Positions 24,669 through 37,975 of a DNA stretch of 64,000 nucleotides are shown piece by piece. The position numbers and the translations under genes were made by a program. The notes under the pieces were generated by a model. The model had not been told where the DNA came from. It saw nothing but the letters and a program-made list of their open reading frames with translations, and did not search any database. Every line of letters begins with the position of its first letter. Positions within the stretch are counted from its first letter, which is position 1. The DNA is from Octopus vulgaris. Its lineage: Eukaryota. Location: positions 71,548,001 through 71,612,000 of the forward strand of contig OX597823.1 in NCBI GenBank assembly GCA_951406725.2, given 5' to 3'.

Positions 24669-25425
24669 ATTATAATCTAGGGTATCTAAGAGATACCACC
24701 ACGCTGGAAATAGCAGCCAAAACTTGACTCTAAAACCACATTAATTGTTCATACAGCACCAGGTGCTATTTCCAGTATGGCGGTATCTCTTAGCTATCTT
24801 AAATTATAATTTTAATAATAATTATTACCTTAGAAGTTTTTTATTCCCATGTTGGCCACTTGATAAGATTGATATTTAAATTAACAACCTTATCCTTATT
24901 TATATAAATAAATAAATATATATATATATATATTGAATAGCTACAGAGATCCAGTAGTGTTAAAATAGGAATCAAAGGTTTCCAAATGTAAAAAATGGTT
25001 GAGAATCACTGATGTAGACCTTTACCCAGAAACATAAAATGCAAAGATTTCTGTGATGGAAATTGAAGCTAAGTTTTGTGAAATTATTATCGTCATTAAT
25101 CTAATAATCTAGTCGTGATAATCATTAATCATAAAACATGAATAATTTGTAGCATTAGTAAATGTTTTATCACAAAATTTGTTGATTTATAGAGGAATTA
25201 ATCAATCTTATTTCATGGCAGGTAGTCATTTATTATTCACCCTCAGAAAGATGAATGGTTAGGTTTGAACAGTATTTAAATTCAGATTGTGAAGAAATCA
25301 TTTTATATAATTCAAGGTATTTAATTTCATGCTCTATTAGTTCTGCCATTCTATCCTCTTTTTTTATCATATCAAGATCATTCGACCTACGGTATAATTA
25401 ACATTTTAATATTTCTTACTAATAA

Positions 25426-25636
25426 GGCGGTGAGATGGCAGAATTGATAACACGCCAGGCAAAATGCTTAGAGCTATTTCAAATGTCTTTGCATTCTGAG
25501 ATTAAATTCCACCAAGGTCGACATCACTTGCCTCTTTTTGGGGTCGATAAAATAAATACCAGTTGAGCACTGGGATCAGTCTAATCAACTTATCTCCTCC
25601 CACTGAAATTACTGGCTTCAGACCAAAATTTGAAAC
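25426..25636 (+). mobile_element. SINE family B, diverged
   Basis: GGCGGTGAGATGGCAGAA...GGGGTCGATAAAATAAATACCAGTTGAGCACTGGG. Confidence 0.75.
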
Positions 25637-27312
25637 TTTCGTTTCTTACTACTAATCAGATATTGATTCTAAACACCTAGATTCATCCATTATCAGTGTA
25701 GGTAGCATAATACTGGCCTAACCAAAGGAGAACCAGAGACAGATCCTTGTGATTAATAATGGGTTGTTTTACTGCCTATAGATGTAGTTTAGTCCCTATT
25801 TATAGCTAAATAGACTGAGTCACTGAGAATTGTATATCTTTGTCAGATCCATGCTTGCTGTTCTGATAAAGAAGTAAGACACATAAACCTTTTCACACAA
25901 CCAATAACAACAACAGCACCATATATTGTCAAAGACATGTCAACTACAATTCTCCATTAAGATAAAATAAATAGATATATAAAGTAGAATATCAACAGAT
26001 ATTGAATTTACTTTTATTCTAAAGTCAAAATCAATAAATTATTTTAGGTTTCAGTCTACTTTTATATATTTTTATGCTTCTGTATTCAATGTTAAATTTT
26101 AATATTTTATATTTTAATGAATGTTTTCTATAAGACATTTGTACAATCATTTTCATACACACACACACACACATTCACACACACACACACACACACACAT
26201 ATATTCACATACATACATATATATATATGTATATATATATATGTGTATATATGTATGTATGTATGTATATATATACACACACACATCAACGCATCAAAAG
26301 TCATTATGGGAAATATTTTCTGACAGTAAGAAAAATTAGATGTCCATATTTGCACTTGTTTGTTTTTTGCTATTATCTGCAATAGACAAATAATTTTTTA
26401 AATCTCAAAATTAAAATCATAAGAACTTATAATTTAAGCAGCTTCTTGCTATCTCATTCAGCTGTTAAACTATCAATTTTAATGTCTTAAAATATTATGT
26501 CTAGGGAAACAACTGTCACATATTTATTCGAATTAAAATCTGAAAAAAGCAAGATCTACTTCAGTGTTATAATTACAAACCATTATTTTCATTGGCTTAT
26601 AAATCATCAGATATGTAATAAATTTTTCTGCGCTAAAATAAGGGCAACAAAACTTGAAAAAAACTTAACAGAGTGCAATGGACATAGAAAAATAAAGAAA
26701 GTGGCTGAAAACTGCCAACTCAAAGCTAAGATTGGAGAGTTCTTTGTTGCAGCACAGGATTAAACTCTTTGGTTCAGAAACCTCCAAAGCATGTAATGGA
26801 GCAGATTATATTAAGTAACTGCAGAATACGTAGGTGCAGATTACATTAAGTAACTGCAGAATACGTAGGTGCTCAATCTTAGCCTGGAACAATAGTGTCT
26901 TTTAGGTATACATAGATTGGAAATTATGCCAACATTGTGAAATACAAACAGAAAAGAATTGATATATAATGTACGTATGTGTGTGTGAATGACAAGCTTC
27001 TTTCGGTTTCTGCCCACCAACTCATGTTGGCCCAAGGCTATAGTCAAAGACGCTTACTGAAAGTGCCATGCAGCAGCACTGAACCCTGAAACATTTGGTT
27101 AGGAATCAAGCTTCTTGCCACACAGTCACACCCGCACCTATATATACCTATACATACATACATACACACACACATACACACACATATATATATATATATG
27201 ATAATAATAATAATAATATTAGGGACTATAACTCCAAACTTACAGGGAAAAAGTCAATTTAGTATTAAATCAAATTTCACAATATGAATATATATTATTT
27301 ATAATTTCTCTA

Positions 27313-27350
<38 letters not shown>

Positions 27351-27359
27351 GTGTGTATG

Positions 27360-27390
<31 letters not shown>

Positions 27391-27397
27391 GTGTGTG

Positions 27398-27456
<59 letters not shown>

Positions 27457-27519
27457 ATATATATATATTTATTTATTTATTTATTTATTTATATTCATTT
27501 ATAATGTATTTATATATAT

Positions 27520-27690
27520 CATCATCATTTAATGTCCATTTTCAATGCTGGCATGGGTTGGAGAGCTTGACTGGAGCTTGCAAGTCAGAGAGCTGCATCA
27601 AGCTCCAATTGTCTATTTTGACATGGCTTCTATGGCTGGATGCCCTTCCATATGCCATTCACTTTACAGAATGTACTGAGTGCTTCTTAT
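27520..27690 (-). mobile_element. RTE 3' end fragment
   Basis: CATCATCATTTAATGTCC...GCTGGATGCCCTTCC. Confidence 0.8.
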
Positions 27691-27718
27691 GTATATATAA
27701 TATGTGTATATAATTTCT

Positions 27719-27758
<40 letters not shown>

Positions 27759-27759
27759 C

Positions 27760-28760
27760 TTGGATGTTGGCCCATTTGGTGTATGAAGAAGCTTGACACT
27801 GCTGCCTCATGGGAGGCTGTCAGTTTATCTGGTATTGTGGAGAGGAGAATATCAACATCCTCTTTGAAGGCATCTACATCCACATTATGTAGGTTTCTTA
27901 ATCTAATTTTTGTGGCAGAGCATTGAAAAGCTGTCGGCCTTTGAAGCCTAAGCTATTGCACTATCTGGTTTTGAATCTAAATGGAGTGGATGGCATCTTT
28001 GATTCAATACAAAGGCATCCAGTTCAGGTATTTGTTTACTATTCAATGCTGAAATTAGGCATTTGCTTTTCCAGAATTTTCCATATGTAGATTATTACAT
28101 ATTTGCTGCACCTTCATTCCAGGGAGTAATGCAGTATTTTTTATAGCCTCACCCTGTAGCTCATCTGCTGCACTATTACAATCATCTTAGTTTATTGACG
28201 TTGGACTGCTTCAAGCTCCATTGTATGTTTGGTGCTATGTGGTGACGATAGTTGAGAGCAGTAGTCCAGGCAACGGAGAACAAAGGTCCTCCACAGGGTT
28301 AACGTAGCATCTTTGTCTCTTACCTTGAAGGATTTTAGTATCCATCCTGCAAGTGGTCTTCACTTTGCTGCTGTCTTTGTAATGTGCATACAAAATGATG
28401 CATCATTACACATACTGACTTCCATGTCTCTCACTGCCTGTGACTCTGAGATTACGGTGCTTTTGGGCCCTGTATATGCAAGCTATGGTGCATTTGTGAA
28501 CTGATAGCACATTTCTTGAAAATCTCCAGCATTAAACTGCACAATGTTTACTTCAGTCCACTTTTATGTTGCATTCAGTTCCTGTTGAAAGCTTGCAACA
28601 TCATCTGTATTCTTTATTGCCTGTGGTAATTTTGTATCATCAGTGTAGCCAGTGACAGTGGCTATCAGAGTGACCATGATCATATCTAAGAGAGTATTAT
28701 AAACAGCAATGGCCCCAATACAGTTCCCTAGTGGATGCCACTTAGAATTTGAGTTTCCTC
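27760..28760 (-). mobile_element. CR1-clade LINE RT remnant
   Basis: Minus strand GIH*GTVLGPLLFII, YTDDTKL, LDYCSQLSSPH...LEAVQRQ. Confidence 0.8.
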
Positions 28761-29133
28761 AGAGCGGGCACCATTGGCTGCAATTGCTTGATTTCTGTCT
28801 ATAAGTTTGTTCAATATAGTTTACATCCATCAGCTGATGTCCATTATGGATTGTACAATAATCGTCCCAGGAACATAGGCTACAGTCATAAGAACCATAT
28901 GATTTGTGGAAACGAATGTAGCAATGCTTTAAAATATTTATAAATTCCATCCATGAATTATTATCATTATTACTATATAATACTATATATATTAGCACAG
29001 CTTGGTACACCCCCATAAAACTGCTGTTGCAAGTGGGTATCATTAGGTTTTAGAAAAGAAAAGCTTTTGTATGTGCACTCATAAACATTTCCTGTGAACG
29101 AACTTAAATCACACACACACACATGCACACATG

Positions 29134-29568
29134 CTCTTCTACCTGTTTCAGTCATGTGACTGTGGCCATGCTGGAGCACCACCTTTAGTCGAGCAAATCG
29201 CCCCTAGGACTTATTGTTTGTAAGCCTAGTACTTATTCTATCATCACTTTTGCCGAACCACTAAGTTACGGGGACGTAAACACACCAGCATCGGTTGTCA
29301 AGCAAAGTTGGGGGACAAACACAGACACACAAACATATACACACACACACACACGCACACACACACACACACACGCACACACACATATATATATATACAT
29401 ATATACGATGGGCTTCTTTCAGTTTCTGTCTACCAAATCCACTCACAAGTCTTTAGTCGGCCTGAGGCTATAGTAATAGACACTTGCCCAAGGTGCCACG
29501 CAGTGGGTCTGAACCCAGAATCATGTGGCTGGTAAGCAAGCTACTTACCACACAGCCACTCATATGCC
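29134..29568 (-). mobile_element. SINE family A, full length
   Basis: Reverse complement of family A. Confidence 0.9.
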
Positions 29569-29804
29569 TATGTATATTTAAATTTATTTCTTTTCATCAT
29601 AATTTTATGTAAGAAATTTTTGCTAACTAATGTTGGAAGCATCAGATTAAATGAAGATTTTAATTATTTCCAAGTCTTTTTCAAATTCTTGATTGTTTTG
29701 AAACGGAATTTAAACACATACACAGGGTACTTTCAACCCCCCTCCCCCAAACCAAACAGCAGGAAAAAAAGTAATGTAAATGAGGAGAAGACTTCAAAAA
29801 TATA

Positions 29805-30015
29805 TCATCATTTATTTAACGTCCGCTTTCCATGCTAGCATGGGTTGGACGGTTCAACTGGGGTCTGGGAAGCCAGAAGGCTGCACCAGGCCCAGTCTGA
29901 TCTGGCAGTGTTTCTACAGCTGGATGCCCTTCCTAACGCCAACCACTCCGTGAGTGTAGTGGGTGCTTTTTAACGTGCCACCGGCACAGGTGCCAGACGG
30001 GGCTGGCAGACGGCC
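29805..30015 (-). mobile_element. RTE 3' end fragment
   Basis: Reverse complement of the RTE 3' UTR (12310-12500); abuts (TA)n. Confidence 0.88.
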
Positions 30016-30036
30016 ATATATATATATATATATATA

Positions 30037-31204
30037 CTATAAAAACCCATGTAATTTGCGCACCTGTATAATTTATGCAGGTGATTTTCTGGATAAAAAT
30101 TGTTAAAAAAGGCTTATACTCATGTAAGATTTGCATGCAAGAGTTTTCAGAATTGCTGATATAGCCAGGGGGAAAAATGTTTTCAATTTAGTTGTATTTA
30201 GCATAATTTCACTTATTTATGATTAGATTTTATTAAATTTTCATTAAATAAAAATAATTTCTGTTTAACAGGTATCACATTATAAGCTATTAAATTACAG
30301 AGTGTTTGTGTTGTCTTCTGTATAAATAAAATCTGTTTTGCTCACTCAGTATACCCTCCCTTTCGCACGATGATGTCAGTTCGCTTTAGTCAATTCTCCT
30401 CTTCCCTCAACATTTGTGTTCCAATAAAAATAAGTAAATGAAAAATATGACGCGAAATTGTCTCCTGGCATCTTTGTGAGTGTGTGTGTGTGCATACATG
30501 CGTACGTGTAACTGTATGAGACTATGTGTTTAAGTGTTTGTATGTGTATGTAACTGTATGAGTCTGTGTGTTTGTGTATCTCAGCATAAGCATAACTATG
30601 TGAAATTAACTGGAAATATCCAAAGTATTATTTCACAAATTGTAAGCAGGCAATAGCTGTATGTGTATATATATATATATTTCTACATACACATGTGTAT
30701 ATATATGCATATATGCATGTGTGCTTTCCTTTCTCTCTCACATACACTCACAGGAAAAGTTGTTAAAAATTATCAACAAAAACAAAGCTGATTAATACGC
30801 ACAGGTGTTGCAAATTAAGTTTAATTGCCGATAAATATCAGCTTGGATGACACTTCACTCAACCGAATAAAATATGCAAAATGTGGCCTGGACCATGATT
30901 ACCAGCATGTACATCAGACTTCAAAAAGTAGTTAACCATTTAATGGTTTTCGTAAATTTATACAGAAAAAAGTAAGCATTATACTGTCCAGCATAAATAA
31001 AAGTCAACTTCATTATATCTAAGCCCATTAAATGAGTCAACTTCTGGTACAAATGTTTACATTTTGTACATCTTTTTTCAACAACAAAAAAAAAAATTCG
31101 AAAAAGTTCTGGAAACAATTTCCTCATGTAATTTACGCAACTCCTAAAGTTTATTTTTACTTTTGCGAAAAAAGCGCATAAATTTACATGGGTTTTTATC
31201 ATTG
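30037..31204. mobile_element. Putative non-autonomous DNA transposon with imperfect TIRs
   Basis: ATAAAAACCCATGTAATTTGCGC at the left, GCGCATAAATTTACATGGGTTTTTAT at the right; TA runs on both sides. Confidence 0.55.
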
Positions 31205-32119
31205 ATATATATATATATATTTATATACCATATTTTATATTTTATCTAGTTTCAGCTCACGAGCTGTGGCCATGCTGTATATATATATATATACAGACAC
31301 ATATACATATAATTTCTTGTGTAATGTATAGGTGGCTTGCATACATTTCCCTATTCTTGGGAAGCTTTGGCTCTGAACTTCCATTTCACCTACTTCCTAA
31401 GACCATATTGAGGGTATAGTTTTACAAGAGAAAGAAGCACATAGAACATTTGAAGGGCAAAGGGGTGTACACTATAGCTTTGTTTATTGAGAATATTAGG
31501 TAAGGAAGTTGTTTAAGACTCACTTGGGTATATTATTTTTCCTCATAATGTTGTGTTTTTTATTTTTCGCTGATAAATTCATTTTCAACAACAACAAAAT
31601 GAAAAGCAATCATCAAATACGGACCCTCCCATAATGACAATGATTATGAGGAATTATAACTTTGCCACAAGAACATCCACTTAGAGGAGAAGGCATTGTT
31701 ACTTTGATGATCCAAGTAGTTGATTGATACAATCCAGAAGAATGAAAACCACAGGCAACACCAGTAGGGTTTTAATATAAAGGTGTGCTACTAAATACTG
31801 CAAGGCATTTTGTCCATCAATTTTCCAAAGTGATTTTTTAAACTTATTCTAAAGATACACACATTTTTGAGAAATTTATAAGATTCAATTACTTTTGGTT
31901 GTCTAATCAAGGCAATGTTAACACATAGGAGACAGTGTGACACATGTTGACAGAGTAAGATATTTGCTTTGATATTCTACCATATTTGACAACTTGTGAC
32001 CTATGAGATAACTGAACTTCTCTACACGTACTTGGTCTACTAAACATAGTAACCAAATCTCTCTCAAATCACTCTGTATTGGTCTTAAATATAGAGGAAT
32101 GCATAATGTTTTCTATTGA

Positions 32120-32332
32120 TTTACTTGTTTCAGTCATTTGACTGTGACCATGCAGTAGTACCACCTTTAGTCAAACAAATCGACCCCAGGACTTATTCTC
32201 TGTAAGCCTAGTACTTATTCTATCTGTCTCTTTTGCTGAACTGCTAAGTTACAGGGACATAAACACACCAGCATTGGTTGTCAAGCGATGTTGGGGTGAC
32301 AAACAGACACACAAACATGCACACACTCACAT

Positions 32333-32366
<34 letters not shown>

Positions 32367-32506
32367 GATGGGCTTCTTTCCACTCACAGGGCTTTGGTCG
32401 GCCCAAGGCTATAGTAGAAGTCACTTGCGCAAGGTGCCACAGAGTGGGACTGAACCTGGAACTATGTGGTTGGTAAGCAAGCTACTTACCACACAGCCAC
32501 TCCTTC
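32120..32506 (-). mobile_element. SINE family A
   Basis: Reverse complement of family A with a small internal deletion. Confidence 0.88.
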
Positions 32507-33612
32507 ACTAGGAATAAGGTAGGATGGTCATACATAGTATGAATTTGCTCTTAGATCTGCTCTACCTAGGATGACCTGGAGTTAAAAAAACTTAATAATT
32601 TTTTGATAATAATCTTGCTTGTTTTCTTTTTGCAAGTTCACTTGACATAAAAATATTAAGTTCAAAACAAAACATGTCCTTCCTATTAATATGTCAAAAA
32701 GAATGAAAAAAAGATTCAGTACCATTTAAGATATTTACTGAGCTAACACTAATTATTTGATAAGTAGTCCAAAATGTCTTTGATGTTGAAGAAATTTGAC
32801 AGTTCTTTTCCCTTTTAATTTAAAGAGAAAGTATTGCATGATAATGTAACTGACATTTTAGAAAACAAAAATGCAATTAACAAAAATTAGTTTGGAAAAA
32901 ATTTCAAGAATGTGACATTTTGGCAGCAGTATTAGCACCGTTGTTGTTAGCATAAGTGATAGTGGTGTGTTGTTGTACCTAATATTATAGAATGTCACAC
33001 AAGGATTTATTTAAAATAAACAGCAAATAGCAAAGAGAGAGAGAGAAAGAGAAAGCATGTTATTTGAAAGCTGCTCAACCAGCTATTCCTTGAGTTTAAA
33101 TCCACTGCAAGGATTTTGCTACACGAGGAAGCAATCTACTTACTTCTACAGTACATCAATTTACCTTATTCAGATCAACTAAAAATAATATTTGAGATAG
33201 GCTAGCATTCTATCTTGGGAAAGATTCATTTATTATCTTCAGAACTCCAGACATGAATCTAGAGATGCGAACCTACCTTACAGCTGTTTCAGGGATTAAA
33301 GAACATTATATTTCTACCTATAAGTTGAAAATACAAGCCATCAAGAAAGCCTGTACATGTTCACTGTACAAGTTTTTCTTGAATTGTACACAACTATCTT
33401 AACAAAAGGACACAGAGATGCATGTATGATAATGCAGTCCTAGATACACTTAAAAAGATAGGATGGCCACAACTGGAATGCCTCTTATCAATTTTTATGC
33501 TAAGTCAGGATTGAATTGGGTTCTAATTATCAACAATGACAGTGATTTGTATCCAGACTCTGCTGCACTCTGGCTTTAGCAAAGGTGTTTTTTAAATTTT
33601 ACTCATTTACTA

Positions 33613-34162
33613 TTGGGTTGTCTGGAAAGTTCGTGCCGATTTATAGTAGCTTACCTTTCGACTTATTTTAGAACATGGTTGAGTCCATAAAATACGATTT
33701 GACTACACCTCCATTTAGAACACAGTTTAAGCTATCTTTTCGTGGAAGAAGGTTTATGTTCCTATAACCTGTATTAAAATGGAAGATAAGAAAGTTCATT
33801 TTTGACTCTTCATGCTTTGGGAACCAGATAAAAATTGCTGCAGCTTGGCTGTGATGTGTTACCTTGCCTTCCATATTCACCAGATATTGCTCCTTCGGAT
33901 TTCCACTTATTCAGGTCTCTGCAGAATAGTCTTAATGGTAAAAATTTCAATTCCTTGGATGACATAAAAAAATACCTTGATGAATTCTTTGCCATGAAAC
34001 CACCTGAATTCTGGGTTGAGTGTATTTTCAAGTTAAAGGAAAGATTGAAACGCATTGTGCAACAAAATGGTTCATATTTGGTTGATTAAAAATTTAATGA
34101 GAAGTATTTATTGACCTTTTTCTTTCCTTTAAATATCGGCATGAACTTTCCGGACAACCCAA
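33613..34162 (+). mobile_element. Internally deleted mariner element with complete TIRs
   Basis: TA|TTGGGTTGTCTGGAAAGTTCGTGCCGAT...ATCGGCATGAACTTTCCGGACAACCCAA|TA; PYSPDIAPSDFHLFRSLQNSL. Confidence 0.92.
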
Positions 34163-34997
34163 TATATCTACAAATAGATAGTGTAAGGAGTTGAAATAAT
34201 GTATAATTTTTGATTATCCTGTAAGCTTGTGTATCTATGCATAAATGTCATGGTGGTTCTGGAAAACCATGCTAGTATAAGTTTTCTTGCAATACTAAGT
34301 TGAAAGAAACTCTTTCACACTTACATATTGGATTATTGAACATAAATATTTTTATTGTTGAATCCCTACCAGTTTTCCGATCTTTATTAATTTATATGGA
34401 AGCCTATGAAATGTAATTACCAAATAGTTCTGCTTATGCAAGAATATTTAAAAACACATAACATATCTATATATATATATATTGTGGCAAAATATCATTA
34501 AGTTGCAGCTTTCTTGTGATACAGAACTAGTAATAAACCACATTGTATAGCTGCAGACATAGATCTGACAAATGTAAACACTAATAGATGATGCTGAATG
34601 TTATGAAACATGTTTACCAAACTATTCAATGTGTGAAATTACAGATGATATTTACACACTTTAAACACATTTATACTTACTTAATGCAACTTTTATCATT
34701 TAAATTTATTAGACCTACATGTGTGACTTGTTTATTAGTAGTTTTACAAATATTTTTAAAGTTGTTGTGTACTTACACAATTCAGTTTGATGAAGTGGGA
34801 AATTAGCTCTTGAAACCAGAAGGGGTGTCAAAATACAAATATTTACAGATGTTACTCCAATGTTATGTTTCACTAAGCTTAATCGCATTTTCAATATGTT
34901 AATATGTCAAAAGTATTGACTGTGTATACTTTCTGGTTCCACATAATTTATTGATTATTTTATATATTTTATATCTGCAAGTTTTTGTTGTTGTTTG

Positions 34998-35290
34998 GCA
35001 TCATCATCATCATCATCATCATCATTTAATGTCCATTGTCCATGCTGGCAATGGGCTGGACAGTTTGACCAGGGCTGGCATGCTGGGGAGCTGCACCAGA
35101 CTCCAGTCTGGTTTGCCATGATTTCTACGGTTGGATGCCCTTCTGAACACCGACTGCTTTTCAGAATGTTTTGGGTGCTTTTAAATGGCACTGCATGGGC
35201 ATTTTTACATGCCACTACATAGGCACTCTTAGGTGGCAATGCATGGGTGCTTTTACATAGCACTGCCATGAGTGCTTTACAGTGCATCCT
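34998..35290 (-). mobile_element. RTE 3' end fragment with amplified UTR motif
   Basis: (CAT)n tail, then RTE UTR similarity and several GGGTGCTTTTAC..GCAC units. Confidence 0.75.
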
Positions 35291-35528
35291 GTACAGATGT
35301 TTAAGTCTGTCCCTATAAAAACAAGATCAGTGTTGCTTGATCTCATTAAGACCACCTTGGAGAGTGCTTCCATTCCAAAGGACAGGGCTAAGGGACTATT
35401 TGTGAAATTTTCCAAGAAAGAAATAACAGAACAGCAACAACCGTTCTAGTATCATAGTCTTCTCCATCACTTGCAATGTTTTCTGCTGAGTTCTTGTCCT
35501 ACAGATTAACATTTACTCTTTTATACCC

Positions 35529-35653
35529 TTTTACTTGTTTCAGTCATTTGATTGTGGCCATGCTGGAGCACCGCCTTTAGTCGAGCAAATCGACCCCAGG
35601 ACTTATTCTCTGTAAGCCTAGTACTTACTTGCCACACAGCCACTCCTACGCCT
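35529..35653 (-). mobile_element. SINE family A with large internal deletion
   Basis: Tail joined directly to the first ~25 nt of the head. Confidence 0.85.
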
Positions 35654-35654
35654 A

Positions 35655-36590
35655 TAATTTGTGAACAAATTGATGAAAGGTTGAGTAGAGGATGCATTGA
35701 TCAGATTTTTGAATATCACCAAACAGTGCTTTGGACTATTCCATTGTACATCAATTTCAAGGATTTTAGAAAGGCTTCTGACAGTATGCACAAAGAAGAA
35801 CATCTAGAAGATGTTGAGGCCATATGGAGATCATCAGCTTAATAAATCTCTTCTTTGACCATTTCACAAGCTGTTTGAAGTGTGATCCTGCGTAAGACCA
35901 CATCTAATGATCCCACAAGCATCCACTGGGCTCTTTTCTTCTGTTTAAAAGGTTTTCTACTCTATGGATAACTGAGCAACACTTCTCAAAAAGAGGTGAT
36001 CTCCATGAAAACATCCTATCGGTTGGACTATCACGTGAAACAGACAAATCTTAGCAACAATAACCCCAAAACAACTAGTCACAACCTTCAATAACACTGC
36101 ACCTGTCATACTGAACCACTAAAGTATCTGAAGAGTTTCACATATCTAAGAAATAAAGTCAAAAATGGACAATTAACAAAGTTTGTTAAAGTTCCTGGGA
36201 CACGTGAAAAACTTCAGATGATTTGAAAGTCAAGACAAAGAACGTGAGGACTAAGACAGACAAGTCTTAAAAGGAGACAAGAATCAGATAAATGTTTTCC
36301 ATAGTGTATGCTTGATAAAAGCCTGCTACATCTTTTAGCTCAGCAAAGTATCAAATAAAGACCTGTACAACTAAGCTGCTTACAATAATGCAGTTCTTGG
36401 AATAGATTTCCAGTGGCTCAGATGACTTGGTCATGCAATTTAGAATACTTACAGCAGTATCAAGATGGAAACCTGGAAGGCAAAAGTCTGATACAGAACA
36501 GCTGAAAGCAAGATGAGGAAAACACATTGAGTGAAATGTAAGGAAGTGATAAAGACTGGTTTGAATGGTGTTGAATCACTGAACTCTTAC
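35655..36590 (+). mobile_element. Old RTE-like LINE remnant
   Basis: LYINFKDFRKASDS and later RT/C-terminal remnants; heavily decayed. Confidence 0.5.
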
Positions 36591-37764
36591 TTGGCAGTTT
36601 GGCAGAAAGGGGATTAATAATAAATATAACTTTTATACATTCGCACATAACTTTCAACTAAGTATGATTTAACATATGCACATGCACACATATACACACA
36701 CACCACATACATGTGCACATGGACTCATGAGCTCCTTACAACATTCTCCTATGGAAAGCTATGTATAGAAATGCAGTTTCTGAATTGTTAAGATTGTTTT
36801 TTGAAATGTGGAATAAATAAGAAAATCATACCTTAACCATCTGACAAACGCTTTAATATTGTGTGTTAGTGAAAGATAGTGAATTCATAGGATCTGCAAT
36901 ATTTAGTTACATCCATCTATTTTCTGAGTTCAGACATGCTGAAGTCAATTGAGCCTTTCATTCATACGGGGTCAATAAAATAAAGTACTTTCTGAGTAAT
37001 GGGTGAATATAATTGACAACAATTTGTGAATTTGTGTATGTTAGAAATCAATATTATGTATTGTTAAATACGATACATACATACATACATACATACATAC
37101 ATACATAGGTATGTACATACACATATACATACATACATGCATACATATACTAGCTTAAGAGCTGCACTCTGTGTGGACTATTAAGCTGGCTATTGCAGTG
37201 GGTTAGGGTTAGGGCCTGGGGCCCAAAACTGAGGAGAGCTAAACATCATGAATATAATATATCTCTAATGACTATATATCCCGGTGGTGTTTAATCAGAG
37301 GTTAAGGACAGGTGAGAATTGATTCTGTAATGCAAACATTGTTCCTGTCGTTAGTTGAATTCCAGTTGTCGGCTAATTTGTCCAAAAGTTCTTATCTTGA
37401 TGTAAAATTAAGGAAGCGAACATCATTTATCTCCCACTTGATCTCTGACATAATCTGACAAATGCCAACCAAGATGGCATGAATCAGTCAAGCTAGAAAT
37501 AGCAATCCAAATGCCTTTAAATCAGTTCCCAATGCTGGATGTTGAAGAACGAAATGAAGGGCAGATTTTCAATCCTAGGATTACCCTGATTCCAAAAAGA
37601 TATGTCTATATATGAGAACTGATCAATAAGTATCCAGACTGTTGCCGTAATAACGAAGCTAAAGCACACAGAGTAAAGCCACTTGGCACACACTGACCTT
37701 GAATTCTACTGTGCATGCACACTAAGTTTTTAATGTTCTAACTCACTTCCACTGCTTACAACAG

Positions 37765-37975
37765 TGCTGCCTGACTGGCCCTCATGCAGGTGGCACATAA
37801 AAGCACCCACTACACTCTCGGAGTGGTTGGCGCTAGGAAGTGCATCAAGCTGTAGAAACTCAGCCAGATCGGATTGGAGCCTGGTGCAGCCATCTGGTTC
37901 ACCAGTCCTCAGTCAAATCATCCAACCCATGCCAGCATGGAAAGCGGATATTAAACGATGATGATAATGATGATG
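37765..37975 (+). mobile_element. RTE 3' end fragment
   Basis: GGCACATAAAAGCACCC...GGAAAGCGGATATTAAACGATGATG followed by (TA)n. Confidence 0.88.

Noticed and set aside
37199-37214. Telomeric TTAGGG repeats
   Set aside because: Only about 2.5 units, inside a probable repeat element; not an interstitial telomere.
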